Assembly (NCBI GenBank): GCA_002269645.1
Contig: NIVC01001957.1
Span: forward strand, 1-64,000
DNA length: 64,000 nucleotides
DNA from: Macrostomum lignano
Lineage: Eukaryota
Direction: 5' to 3'
Shown: positions 12,636 to 25,061 of the stretch, piece after piece
How the letters are laid out: each line of letters starts with the position of its first letter
Position numbering within the stretch: position 1 is the stretch's first letter
Notes under the pieces: model-generated
What the model saw: the letters and a program-made list of their open reading frames with translations, nothing else
Told to the model about the DNA's origin: nothing
Database searches by the model: none
Made by a program: the position numbers and the translations under genes

Positions 12636-15600
12636 GTAGGTTAGGTAGGCCTTGCTTAAAATGTTACTATTTTTTATAATTTGCATTCACAATTTTTGGT
12701 TGGATTATAGCTTTTCTGGTGCCTGTCAATTGTATACTCAAGGACTACTTACTGCCCATTTGTATGTCAAAGTGTATAATTGATTTTTAATTTATATTTT
12801 ATTCAAATAGTTGCTTATTGTCTTATTCTAGTCATTGTTCATACCAAAAATCAAATAATTCTTTATAATGGATTGGTTTTTGTTCTACATCATAATGGCA
12901 AAGAAATAATGTGATTTATTTTACAATGTAACTATTTTGTCAAATGCCATTTTCATACATACTAGGTTAATAATATTTAGGGGTCAGACGTGATCACAAT
13001 TGCAAATATAAATTCACAATCACAATCACGCCCGACTTTGAAAATTTTACAAAATTTCATGCCTGACCAAAATTTTCTGCTTGTCTGACCTCTAATAATA
13101 ATTAAAAAAGTTTTTTATTATATAATATAATTGGTTATTTGTCCTTAGCTATATAAACTATTGCAAATGTTTTAACCCAAAATAGTTTCAACTAATTTAA
13201 ACTTTATTATGTTGGTTAGGAATTAGGTATATTGCTTAGGCCCTTAAATAAGATGATTTATTCAATGGTCAGGAAGGTGCGCTGTGTAGGCAGCAACAAA
13301 TCCTTTGTAATTTTTTTAACTATGTGCTGTGCACCAAAAAATTTATATATTTACATGTATAATTTTACAAGTTTTTTAATTTTTCGTTTTGAGTTCAAAA
13401 AAACAACAATTGTTGTAATTTTTTTAGGTATAGATGTAATGTTACCATAATTTAAAAAACCTTTTTGAGCCATTTTAAATTGAAAAAAGCAAGTTTGTTA
13501 TTGTGTTTTATCTTTTACATGTGAACTAAGAAGTTAATACAGTATAGACTGCGCTAGGTAAGACACTTTGTGCATTGTATATATACACACGGGGCACAAT
13601 AAATTTTCTTCTGCACCATTTGCGCTATGTATGCCAAAAAATCCTCTGTGTGCACCACAATTTTGCGTGAAATCTACCACCTTCCTGACTGTGGGATTAA
13701 TTTATGTTTTATAAAGATTAAAAAGTTTCTATTATAGGGGAGGGGGTCTAAAAATTTGATCATATATTGTCCTTTAAATTTTAATAATAAGTTATATTGA
13801 CAATTTTTTATCTTGAGTCTTATTTCATTTTAAATAAAAAAGGGCCTTTTGCTTAAATAGATTTTTTGTATTGGGGAATACTTGCTTTATTTATTTATAA
13901 GGTTTTCAAGTTATTTAAGTTAAAGGACTATGCAACAAAAAGTTTGTATTTTATCTTTAAACTATGATGGATAATTAATTTATAAACATCTTAAATAATT
14001 ATAAAAAATTACTATACCATATGTTATTCTAGGGAATATCTATTATATTTTATCTAAAATTTACATGTGCATTTATATGATTATCTTTTAGTCTAACAAC
14101 TCTTGCAGATAGTTTTTAATAAAATAAGATAATAAAGGTAACATTTTTATATGCATTGGTTTTCATTTACAACATATTATAACCCATGTTATAACAAATA
14201 CTGTCATGAATATGCAATAAAGTCAAGTGTAGGTTTAACTCCAAATGAAGCATTCAAATCAACCTACACAGGCTATTACACATGGAGATTGACCAGCTCT
14301 GCTTGAACTGTCAATCAACATGCGCTAGAACTGGAGCTGCGCCAAGTGGAACTCTGTCTGATTATCACCCAAGTGGCCAGCCGGCTCCCACATCCTCATC
14401 GTCCCCAGCTGTCCCAGTCTACCTGGCTATCAAGATGCCAGCTCAACGAACCCTTCGTTCGCAGCAGATTCCGCCACCGCCGCAACCTCCATCAGCTGGT
14501 ACAGACGACGCTGACAGCTGCAGAGCTCAGGAGCGTCGGATCCTAGTAGAGATCCAATATCCCCATGCTATCAAGCGCGACAATCCGCTGCTAGTGATGC
14601 TGCAGCGCCGTAGAAAATATCGCAATCTCGGCTTTAAAACATTGGGCGCTGCTTGCATCAATTTGACGGATATTCTACAGATGCGACTGTTGGACGCCAG
14701 GCTGCCATTGTTGCCAGACTTTGAGTCTGCTCAGCGTAAGCAGCAATCGTGGATGATGAAGCATCAGCAGACTCAGCCTATTGGCTATTTGCATGTTGTC
14801 CGCTTGGAGACTCTGCCAGCCCCGGTGCCTGGAACTGCCAGCCGGCTGCCAACTGCTGGCCATAGCAGAGCTGACGACGAGTTCCTCGGAGCCAGCGACG
14901 ATGAAGACGCTGTCGCGGATGACGAGGAAGCTGCGGCTGTGGCTGCCGCAGCGGCAGCCGCCGCTAAAGCTAAGAAAGAAGCCGCTTTCGGTGCCAAGGT
15001 CTGTGCCGCATTTACAACTACACTCTTCCTGTTCTCCCCTTTCCTAGCGTCTTCTCCCTGATGTGGTTAACACATTAATTTGTCGAAAACTTTGAAACTG
15101 CATGCGGAATATCCCAAAGTACTATTCCTATATGCCTGATATACTCTGTTATGGGATATTAGAAAATCTGTGTCTAGACAGCGCGCTATCCACCAACCCC
15201 ACACACTACCGTCAATCAATGATAAGGCACGGGCAAAGGTTTATCCTACCTGTCAATCACGCCATGCCACTATGTATCTAGAGCTGGTGTCGGTAAATTT
15301 GTTTTACCTGAAGGGACAGAAAAAGAATCCAGCTCATGGTTGAGTGTCAGATGAGAGAGGAAAGGAGAGAGAACAGAAAAAGATGAGATTAGAGATCAAG
15401 GCAATAGATAAGTTGAGAGGATAGATTAGATGAGGGAGGGCGATGAGAAAGGAAAGAAGATGGAGAGAGGAAATGGGGGGGAGAAGAGAAGAGGTGAGAG
15501 GAGAGAAGACGTAGAGAGGAGAGCAGAAGGCAAAGAGCTGAGAAGAGACAAAAACCTTGAGCAGCCCCGATTGCTATTTGTGAAGTTTCGAAGGACCCGA

Positions 15601-18600
15601 GGGCCGGGTAGAGGGGCTTCACGGGCTGCATTTTGCCGACCCCTGATCTAGACGCAAATCAAAATCTGTCATCTATCAACTGTAGCCAGACAGTCTATAT
15701 TCAATAAACGCTTTCAGATCGATTCGAGTTTCATATATTTAAATATTATATTTTTTATTTCAGCCTAAAGAATGGCGTCAGAAGCTCAAACTGTTTATGG
15801 ACGAGAGTTTTTCAACTATATTGAAATCTCGAAAACTCAAGCCTGAGAATAACTATGGGGTAAGTTGAGATTATGTAACTTCTACTGTATTGTACATTTG
15901 TGCATATATTTTTGCAGAGGTATGAGTCATTCTAGCAGAAGTAAACGGATTTTGGAAATAATGTCGTATAGCAGGGGTCGGTAATTTTTCTTACTTTGGG
16001 GGCTAGATTGAGGATCTAGCGCATGACTGCGGGTCAAAAAAGAGAAAATAGAGGCGAGCGGAAAGTAGAGAGAAGAGTGGAAAAGACAGAGGAGAGGAGA
16101 AGAGAAGAGATGATGGGGGGGAAGAGAACAGATGACAGAGGAGAAAAAAGTGAAGATAATAGAAGAGAGGAGGGAACGGAGAAAAGAAGAGATGACAGAG
16201 GAGAAGAGAGGGAGATGACAGAGGAGAAGAGAGGGAGATGACAGAGGAGAAGAGAGGGAGATGACAGAGGAGAAGAGAGGGAGATGACAGAGGAGGAGAG
16301 AAGAAGTGACAGAAGAGGAGAGAAGAGATGACAGAGGAGAAAATTGCAGATGATAGAAGAGAGGAGATGACGCAGGAGAGAGATGACAGAGGAGAATAGA
16401 GACGACAGGAGATTACGTAGGAAAAGAGATGAGATGACGGAGAAGAGAAGAGAGGAGATGACAGAGGAGAGGAGAGAGGAGCGTATAAATTGAAGAGAAG
16501 AAATGCGAGAAGGGTGAGATAAGAAGAGAATGGAGTGGAGATTGAGACATAAGCCTTGAGCAGGCATGATTGCTGTTATGGAATTGCAAAGGACCCGATG
16601 GCCTGACAGAGAAAGGCCTCGAGTCCTTTAGGCGGCTGCTGCTGTTACAGTTGAAGGTCGGGGTTTTGACTGCGCAGACAGAAACCCTGGGCTGATTGAT
16701 GAAATAAATGCTAGTCCGAAGGAAGCCTCCAGTCTAGAAGTTAATTAAATTTTGTTGCTAGTTACCAGGGGCCAGCTTCCTGGACGAGCAGCGTCCATGA
16801 TTAAGAAAAATTTTATCGAAAAATTTGTCTAGGAAAATTTCTTGATTTTTTTTGACGACTATACAGACAGAAGCAGATTCAAAGCATTAGCTTGCTTTTT
16901 CCTGCGATGGGATTCAAAGAGATTTTCATTTAAAGGGAGCCTCTAGACACTGGCTTTAATATGTACTATATACAGCTAACTTTGATAAATAATACCGTTT
17001 GATTTGTAAGCTCTGCCTCTTGTGTCTAAGTTTTACTTAGATTTTGGCTTTGCTTTGATGCTTCTTTGTCTTTTTTTTGTCTTTGAATCTCAATTTTCGC
17101 CTGTCTTTAATTCCGTCCATTTAGAAGGCTACAGTTGCTGCTTTGATGAAAAGCTTGGGCTCTTATTTAAATTCGGGCCTGTTTTCCATTATTTTGAATC
17201 TCCAGCTTATTGACATGCCATGGCTTAAGGAGGGAATTGCTGAGATGCCATGGCTTAAGGAGGGAGTTGCTGAGATGCCATGGCTTAAGGAGGAAGAGTT
17301 GCTGAGATGCCATGGCTTAAGGAGGGAATTGCTGAGATGCCATGGCTTAAGGAGGGAATTGCTGAGATGCCATGGCTTAAGGAGGGAGTTGCTGAGATGC
17401 CATGGCTTAAGGAGGGAGTTGCTGAGATGCCATGGCTTAAGGAGGGAGTTGCTGACATGCCATGGCTTAAGGAGGGAGTTGCTGAGATGCCATGGCTTAA
17501 GGAGGGAATTGCTGAGATGCCATGGCTTAAGGAGGGAGTTGCTGAGATGCCATGGCTTAAGGAGGGAGTTGCTGAGATGCCATGGCTTAAGGAGGGAGTT
17601 GCTGAGATGCCATGGCTTAAGGAGGGAGTTGCTGAGATGCCATGGCTTAAGGAGGGAGTTGCTGAGATGCCATGGCTTAAGGAGGGAGTTGCTGAGATGC
17701 CATTCCTTAAGGAGGGAGTTGCTGAGATGCCATGGCTTAAGGAGGGAGTTGCTGAGATGCCATTCCTTAAGGAGGGAGTTGCTGAGATGCCATGGCTTAA
17801 GGAGGGAGTTGCTTAGATGCCATTCCTTAAGGAGGGAGTTGCTGAGATGCCATGGCTTAAGGAGGGAGTTTCTGAGATGCCATGGCTTAGGGAGGGAGTT
17901 GCTGAGATGCCATGGCTTAAGGAGGGAGTTGCTGAGATGCCATTCCTTTAGGAGGGAGTTGCTGAGATGCCATGGCTTAAGGAGGGAGTTGCTGAGATTC
18001 CATGGCTTAAGGAGGGAGTTGCTGAGATGCCATTCCTTAAGGAGGGAGTTGCTGAGATGCCATGGCTTAAGGAGGGAGTTGCTGAGATGCCATTCCTTTA
18101 GGAGGGAGTTGCTGAGATGCCATGGCTTAAGGAGGGAGTTGCTGAGATTCCATGGCTTAAGGAGGGAGTTGCTGAGATGCCATGGCTTAAGGAGGGAGTT
18201 GCTGAGATGCCATTCCTTAAGGAGGGAGTTTCTGAGATGCCATGGCTTAAGGAGGGAGTTGCTGAGATGCCATGGCTTAAGGAGGGAGTTGCTGAGATGC
18301 CATGGCTTAAGGAGGGAGTTGCTGAGATGCCATGGCTCAATGGGGAGAGTTGCTGAGATGCCATGGCTCAATGGGGAGAGTTGCTGAGATGCCATGGCTC
18401 AATGGGGAGAGTTGCTGAGATGCCATGGCTCAATGCGGAGAGTTGCTGAGATGCCATGGCTCAATGGGGAGAGTTGCTGAAATGCCAGTGCTCAATGGGG
18501 AGAGTTGCTGAAATGCCAGTGCTCAATGGGGGGAGTTGCTGAGATGCCATGGCTCAAAGGGGGGGAGTTGCTGAGATGCCATGGCTCAATGGGGGGGGGG

Positions 18601-21600
18601 AGTTGCTGAGATGCCATGGCTCAATGGGGAGAGTTTCTGAGATGTTAGTGCTCAATGGGGAGAGTTTCTGAGATGTTAGTGCTCAATGGGAGAGTTGCTG
18701 AGATGTTATGGCTAAGGTGGGAAGCAGATCTATCAGGCTAGAAAGCCTGAGGTAATGCTTGAGGTAAATCAGTATTATATATGCCTTTCTATGGACCCAA
18801 CAGAGGGATAAGATTGCTAGTCTATCTTCTTTCTTCTACATATACTAAATCTCTAGTACAAGAATGCCGAAAGCTTAGTCTGTCAAATTATGTCTATCCA
18901 ATTCTGAATATTCTTAGTTACTATGTATGTCAGATGTCAGCTGCGAAACCGCTTTGGAATTCATATAAAAGAAGACTTTCTTCCCTAGAGACAGAGACAA
19001 CAGAGCGGTTTGGGGCCGTTGGCATGCACAGCAAATTTTTTAAAACCAGTTTTCGCCATTTGTTATTCCGTTAGGCAGTCTGGCTGGTTCTGACCCTCCT
19101 CTGTCCTTCGATCCTTTCTATCCCGGATAGACATATAGACATACAAGCCTGTCGGTCTGAAAACTTTTCACCGTTCTTACCAAGCTTCGCAAGGTTGAAC
19201 CTCTCTCCCTGGCCCCATCATCATCCCCTGCTCCCTCCTGGTTTGCGTGTTGTTTCCCTTCCCTGCCTGCCTTCATTCTAGGAGATTTCCCTGCCTGTCC
19301 CTCTGGATTGCAATTTGTGCACGCGAGCATTTCGGACGGTATTTGGCTTCCCCTAAGCCAAGAAGGCCTAGAACCATCACTTTTGGAGTAACTGGGCTTC
19401 TTCATATGCTTACTATGTAGTGTTGCTGTTTTGATTTTGTTGAACCAATCTTTGGTTAAAACAGCACATAATTCCAGGCAATGGCGTATGAGCCTTTTCT
19501 TACAGGAAGGACATGGAAAAGTTGTCCTAGAAATTTTTAATCCTTAATTGGGGGCGTAGCTTAGTGGTCTGGCGCGGTGCTCTGATGTGCCAGCGGCCCA
19601 GGTTCGATTCCAAGTGCAGTCAAATTAATTTTGGGGTTAAATTGGAATCTCGGCTTGGCTCTGCTCGGGCAATTAACGCCCTTGAAGGCCAAAACCCAAG
19701 GCACAGTGAAGTGCACGTGCCTAACGATAAATAAAGTATGACTGCCTACGTATCCGCGCGTTTGTATGCCTGCTCAGGGGAGTCGGCGGAATTGGCAGTA
19801 ATGCCTCTCGCCGATTTTGTGACAATGTCGCTTAAAGTGCGCCAGGTTGCACCCAAAAGCTGATGGAATTGATCACGTGATGATGTTTTGTACTTATATC
19901 AGATTTACGCGCTCGTATTCAGCCTTAAAATGGGAGACAAAATTTTCGAAAAATTGGTTCAAACTTTTCATAACTAGAACTATGTAACTACTTGGGGTGT
20001 CCAAAAAGTTCTGACATTTTTTCCCAGAGCGAAAGCAGTAGCTTTATTCCTCTCATTAGTGGAATTGCATTGGTTTTTCACACATAACTTTTGAATGAAA
20101 TCACCAAAATTCACGCGACTAAATTTATTAGAAAGAAGAAATGTGCCGCTTTAAAACGATGACACCAAAGTTGTGCTTGCAGCTGCTAACTGTTTTTGCT
20201 CTGGGATTAAAAGTGCCAGAACTTTCCGGACACACATCGTATAATAATATGAATAACTATGAATTGGCAAACCTGCGGAAATGTTTCCTAGAAGAAATGT
20301 CCTGTACAGCTGTATTAAAGAAGATGATTCTGTACACCAATGTTTATCATCCAGATGTGAAATGGACATCCAACCCGAGTGCCTGGTAACCCGAGTGTCC
20401 GCTTGGATTTCATGCCCCCCCCCTCCTCCTAGCCCTATTTTTATTGACTGTTAAAGCTGTCTAGAGAGGCCTTGCTGCCGAATGTGCTGAAGTTAACTTT
20501 CGCCGTTCGACTTTCTCCCTATATATTTACGCTATCTCTCTATAGTTTGTTTCTCTCCTCTGCCCGCCTCTCTCTCTACCGCTTGCACTTCTCGCCCATG
20601 TCGAGTGAACAATATTCCGTCCTTATGCCCGGCCGGGTTTTGCATTTCAAACACTCGCATCTGCGCCCTATGGTGTGCGAATCTAAAAATTGTATACGTA
20701 TTAGTCAGCTTTGAAGCGTTATGCCGGAAAAAAGAGCTTTGTAACGATGCTCTAGTTCGTATGACACCTTTTTATAATCTTTTGTTCGTCCACGGCTTTG
20801 TGTTACTGACTGCTGTGTGTGTCTTTGGTCTGCACTTGTGTCTGCTTCTGTGTCTCTAGGTCTGCGCTTGTGTCTGCTTATGTGTCTCTAGGTCTGCGCT
20901 TGTGTCTGCTTTGTGTCTCTATATCTGCGCTTGTGTCTGCTTTGTGTCTCTATATCTGCGCTTGTGTCTGCTTCTGTGTCTCTATATCTGCGCTTGTGTC
21001 TGCTTCTGTGTCTCTATATCTGCGCTTGTGTCTGCTTCTGTGTCTCTAGGTCTGCGCTTGTGTCTGCTTCTGTGTCTCTAGGTCTGCGCTTGTGTCTGCT
21101 TCTGTGTCTCTAGGTCTGCGCTTGTGTCTGCTTTTGTGTCTCTATGTCTGGGCTTGTGTCTGCTTCTGTGTCTCTAGGTCTGGGATTGTGTCTGCTTCTG
21201 TGTCTCTATATCTGCGCTTGTGTCTGCTTTGTGTCTCTATATCTGCGCTTGTGCCTGCTTTGTGTCTCTATATCTGCGCTTGTGTCTGCTTCTGTGTATA
21301 TAGGTCTGCGCTTGTGTCTGCTTCTGTGTTTCTATGTCTGCGCTTGTGTCTGCTTCTGTGTCTCTATATCTGCGCTTGTGTCTGCTTCTGTGTCTCTAGG
21401 TCTGCGCTTGTGTCCGCTTTGTGTCTCTATATCTGCGCTTGTGTCTGCTTCTGTATCTCTAGGTCTGCGCTTGTGTCTGCTTCTGTGTCTCTAGGTCTGC
21501 GCTTGTGTCTGCTTCTGTGTCTCTAGGTCTGCGCTTGTGTCTGCTTCTGTGTCTCTATATCTGCGCTTGTGTCTGCTTCTGTGTCTCTAGGTCTGCGCTT

Positions 21601-24600
21601 GTGTCTGCTTCTGTGTCTCTAGGTCTGCGCTTGTGTCTGCTTCTGTGTCTCTAGGTCTGCGCTTGTGTCTGCTTTTGTGTCTCTATGTCTGGGCTTGTGT
21701 CTGCTTCTGTGTCTCTAGGTCTGGGATTGTGTCTGCTTCTGTGTCTCTATATCTGCGCTTGTGTCTGCTTTGTGTCTCTATATCTGCGCTTGTGCCTGCT
21801 TTGTGTCTCTATATCTGCGCTTGTGTCTGCTTCTGTGTATATAGGTCTGCGCTTGTGTCTGCTTCTGTGTTTCTATGTCTGCGCTTGTGTCTGCTTTTGT
21901 GTCTCTATGTCTGGGCTTGTGTCTGCTTCTGTGTCTCTAGGTCTGGGATTGTGTCTGCTTCTGTGTCTCTATATCTGCGCTTGTGTCTGCTTTGTGTCTC
22001 TATATCTGCGCTTGTGCCTGCTTTGTGTCTCTATATCTGCGCTTGTGTCTGCTTCTGTGTATATAGGTCTGCGCTTGTGTCTGCTTCTGTGTTTCTATGT
22101 CTGCGCTTGTGTCTGCTTCTGTGTCTCTATATCTGCGCTTGTGTCTGCTTCTGTGTCTCTAGGTCTGCGCTTGTGTCCGCTTTGTGTCTCTATATCTGCG
22201 CTTGTGTCTGCTTCTGTGTCTCTAGGTCTGCGCTTGTGTCCGCTTTGTGTCTCTATATCTGCGCTTGTGTCTGCTTCTGTGTCTCTAGGTCTGCGCTTGT
22301 GTCCGCTTTGTATCTCTAGGTCTGCGCTTGTGCCTGCTTTGTGTCTCTATATCTGCGCTTGTGCCTGCTTTGTGTCTCTAGGTCTGCGCTTGTGCCTGCT
22401 TTGTGTCTCTAGGTCTGCGCTTGTGCCTGCTTTGTGTCTCTAGGTCTGCGCTTGTGCCTGCTTTGTGTCTCTAGGTCTGCGCTTGTGCCTGCCTAAAAAT
22501 TTATTCTTTATTTAGTACCTGGCCTTGTGAAAGCAGTCTAAACAGTGACAACTTCGCCAAATTTTCCTACATTGGGAAAGCAGTTTTTTGTTTAAATTTT
22601 TGAAATTCCGCAAATGCATCGTAATTTTATTATATTCAACTATCTAGAGCTAGCTAGTGTACCCGAATAAAAAATCCTAAAAACATCTACATTGGTCTTT
22701 GGGGCAAGCTTGGGCCAAGGCACACACAGTCTACATGACTGACGATTAGAATTTCAGGGCGCCCTAACCAATCGTATAATTTACACCCAAACCTACAGTT
22801 GGAGCTGCACCAAGAGGAGTCGTTATGGAACGATCTAGAAGACATTGAGCCGCCAGACTCCAGCTCCAGCCTAGATGATGACGATGATATCAGCGTTGGA
22901 TCAACGCCAAAGCCCAGGGTTAGACGCTATTTCGGATCACAATCGTCTCACACTCGACTGGCTCAGCATCAGCAGCATCATCTGACTTCTCCCTCTCCAA
23001 CAGTGGATCAGAAATTGCTGCAGGCATCGATGGAGCCAACCGATTTTTTGATTGGCGCAGATTCTGCTAGCACAGGCTTCGATACCGGGCCTTCTGCCAC
23101 TGCTCCGGTGCCAGCTGAGCTCCTCGCACCCCCTGCTTTGCCTGACCCTTCATCGTTGGCAACAGCTGCGATACGTCGAGCTTCGCAGCAAGATTTGCCC
23201 TGCTCCCAGCCTGCTGTCACTGCAGCAACATCGGCGTCTACTGGAGGAACTGCTGTTAGCGTGTCAACTTCTAGTAAGTCGCAGCCTCATCCGCAGCCTC
23301 AGCAGCCGCCGCCGCCACCATCTCAGTTACTGTTATCGCCACAGCAACAGGCATCCCAGAGTGTCTTGTCTGTTACTGATGTAAGTAAATTTCCATTAGA
23401 CTATAATGTAGTGAGATTTACACTGCACTATAAAGAATCCTCTGCTTGTTAAAACTTTGCTTCTTCACAATCTCTTAATGCGTGATGGAAATGAATTGTT
23501 CATTACTGTCATATGTATATATGCAGTGTATGCTTTATGTGTAATATTTATCACATTATTTGATTGTTGAGCTTGCTGCACTAAGATTTCCAACTAGATA
23601 TTGTACACGGGAGTCTTTTGTAGCATCTTTTCTACAGGGATGAGATTCAGATGTACAGGGGTGAGATTCAGATGTACAGGGCTGAGATTCAGTTGTAAAG
23701 AGGTGAGATTCATATTTACAGGGGTGAAATTCAGATGTACAGAGATGAGATTCAGATATACATGGGTGAGATTCATATTTACAGGGGTGAAATTCAGATG
23801 TACAGAGATGAGATTCAGATATACATGGGTGAGATTCATATTTACAGGGGTGAGATTCGGATTAAAGGGGTGAGATTCAGATGTACATGGGTGAGATTCA
23901 GATGTACATGGGTGAGATTCAATGTACAGGGCTGAGATTCAGATGTAAATGGTGAGATTAAGGTGTACAGAGATGCCATTCAGATTTACAGGGGCGTACT
24001 GGAGTATATTTTAGAAAAATTAGAATCAGAATTCATGTGTTATAACTAAATTTTAGTTAAGACTAGTTATCTTTATCACCTGCGCATGCATATTAAATAC
24101 CTTGCCGCACCTTGCCATACGAGCATTTTATCATAGTTACCATTTGAATTAGTTTTAGATAAATCAGCATGTTTGAGTTGACTTGCTAGCGCCTCAGCTT
24201 TTGCGTATGCATTATATGATTTGTAGTCTAGCTGTTTGCCTTCCCGAGCTTATTTTGCCTTTTTATTTTAGATCAATCCATAGAAACATATCATATGTAA
24301 TCATAATATTCAGGACCAGCGCCAGCATGCCAGTGTGCGCCAGCAGCAGAAGGAGCAGCACAGGCACCGGGCTCGCTCCCATACCGCTTCTTGCGCCGCT
24401 CTGCGAATCCCCTTTGCTGCTCCTCCTCTTCCCCAAGCTGCCGCCAGCGCCGCCACCGCAGCTCCTGAAAAATCTTCGCCAGCTGGCAGGCGGCGATCTT
24501 TGGTCACCCAACAGGAGCTGCTGAATCCGCACGGATCGCGCCAGGTTCCAGCGTGCATGGGGGCGGTAGGTGTTGTGCGTCCGCTGCGTCTGTCTGCCTG

Positions 24601-24616
24601 TCTGTGTGTCTGTGTG

Positions 24617-24657
<41 letters not shown>

Positions 24658-24704
24658 GCCTGCCTGCCTGTCTGTGTGTCTGCCTGTCTGCCTGTCTGTC
24701 TGCC

Positions 24705-24745
<41 letters not shown>

Positions 24746-24764
24746 GCCTGTCTGTGTGTCTGCC

Positions 24765-24825
<61 letters not shown>

Positions 24826-24834
24826 TTCTGTCTT

Positions 24835-24873
<39 letters not shown>

Positions 24874-24942
24874 TTCTGTCTGTCTGTCTTTCTGTCTTTC
24901 TGTCTGTCTGTCTGTCTGTCTGCCTGTCTGTCTGTCTGTCTC

Positions 24943-24989
<47 letters not shown>

Positions 24990-25004
24990 TAGTGTCTGTC
25001 TTAG

Positions 25005-25061
<57 letters not shown>

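Noticed and set aside
17143-18395. Long ORFs of 410-414 aa
   Set aside because: Translation artefacts of a 30-bp stop-free minisatellite inside PACS intron 3.
19551-19622. tRNA gene
   Set aside because: A and B boxes are present but the acceptor stem does not pair, and the sequence continues into a repeat body; called a SINE instead.
19988-20389. Possible Tc1/mariner end and 82-aa ORF
   Set aside because: Only one TIR-like string, no partner or TSD, and no transposase motif.
20819-22443. Cys/Leu/Val-rich ORFs
   Set aside because: Minisatellite translations.
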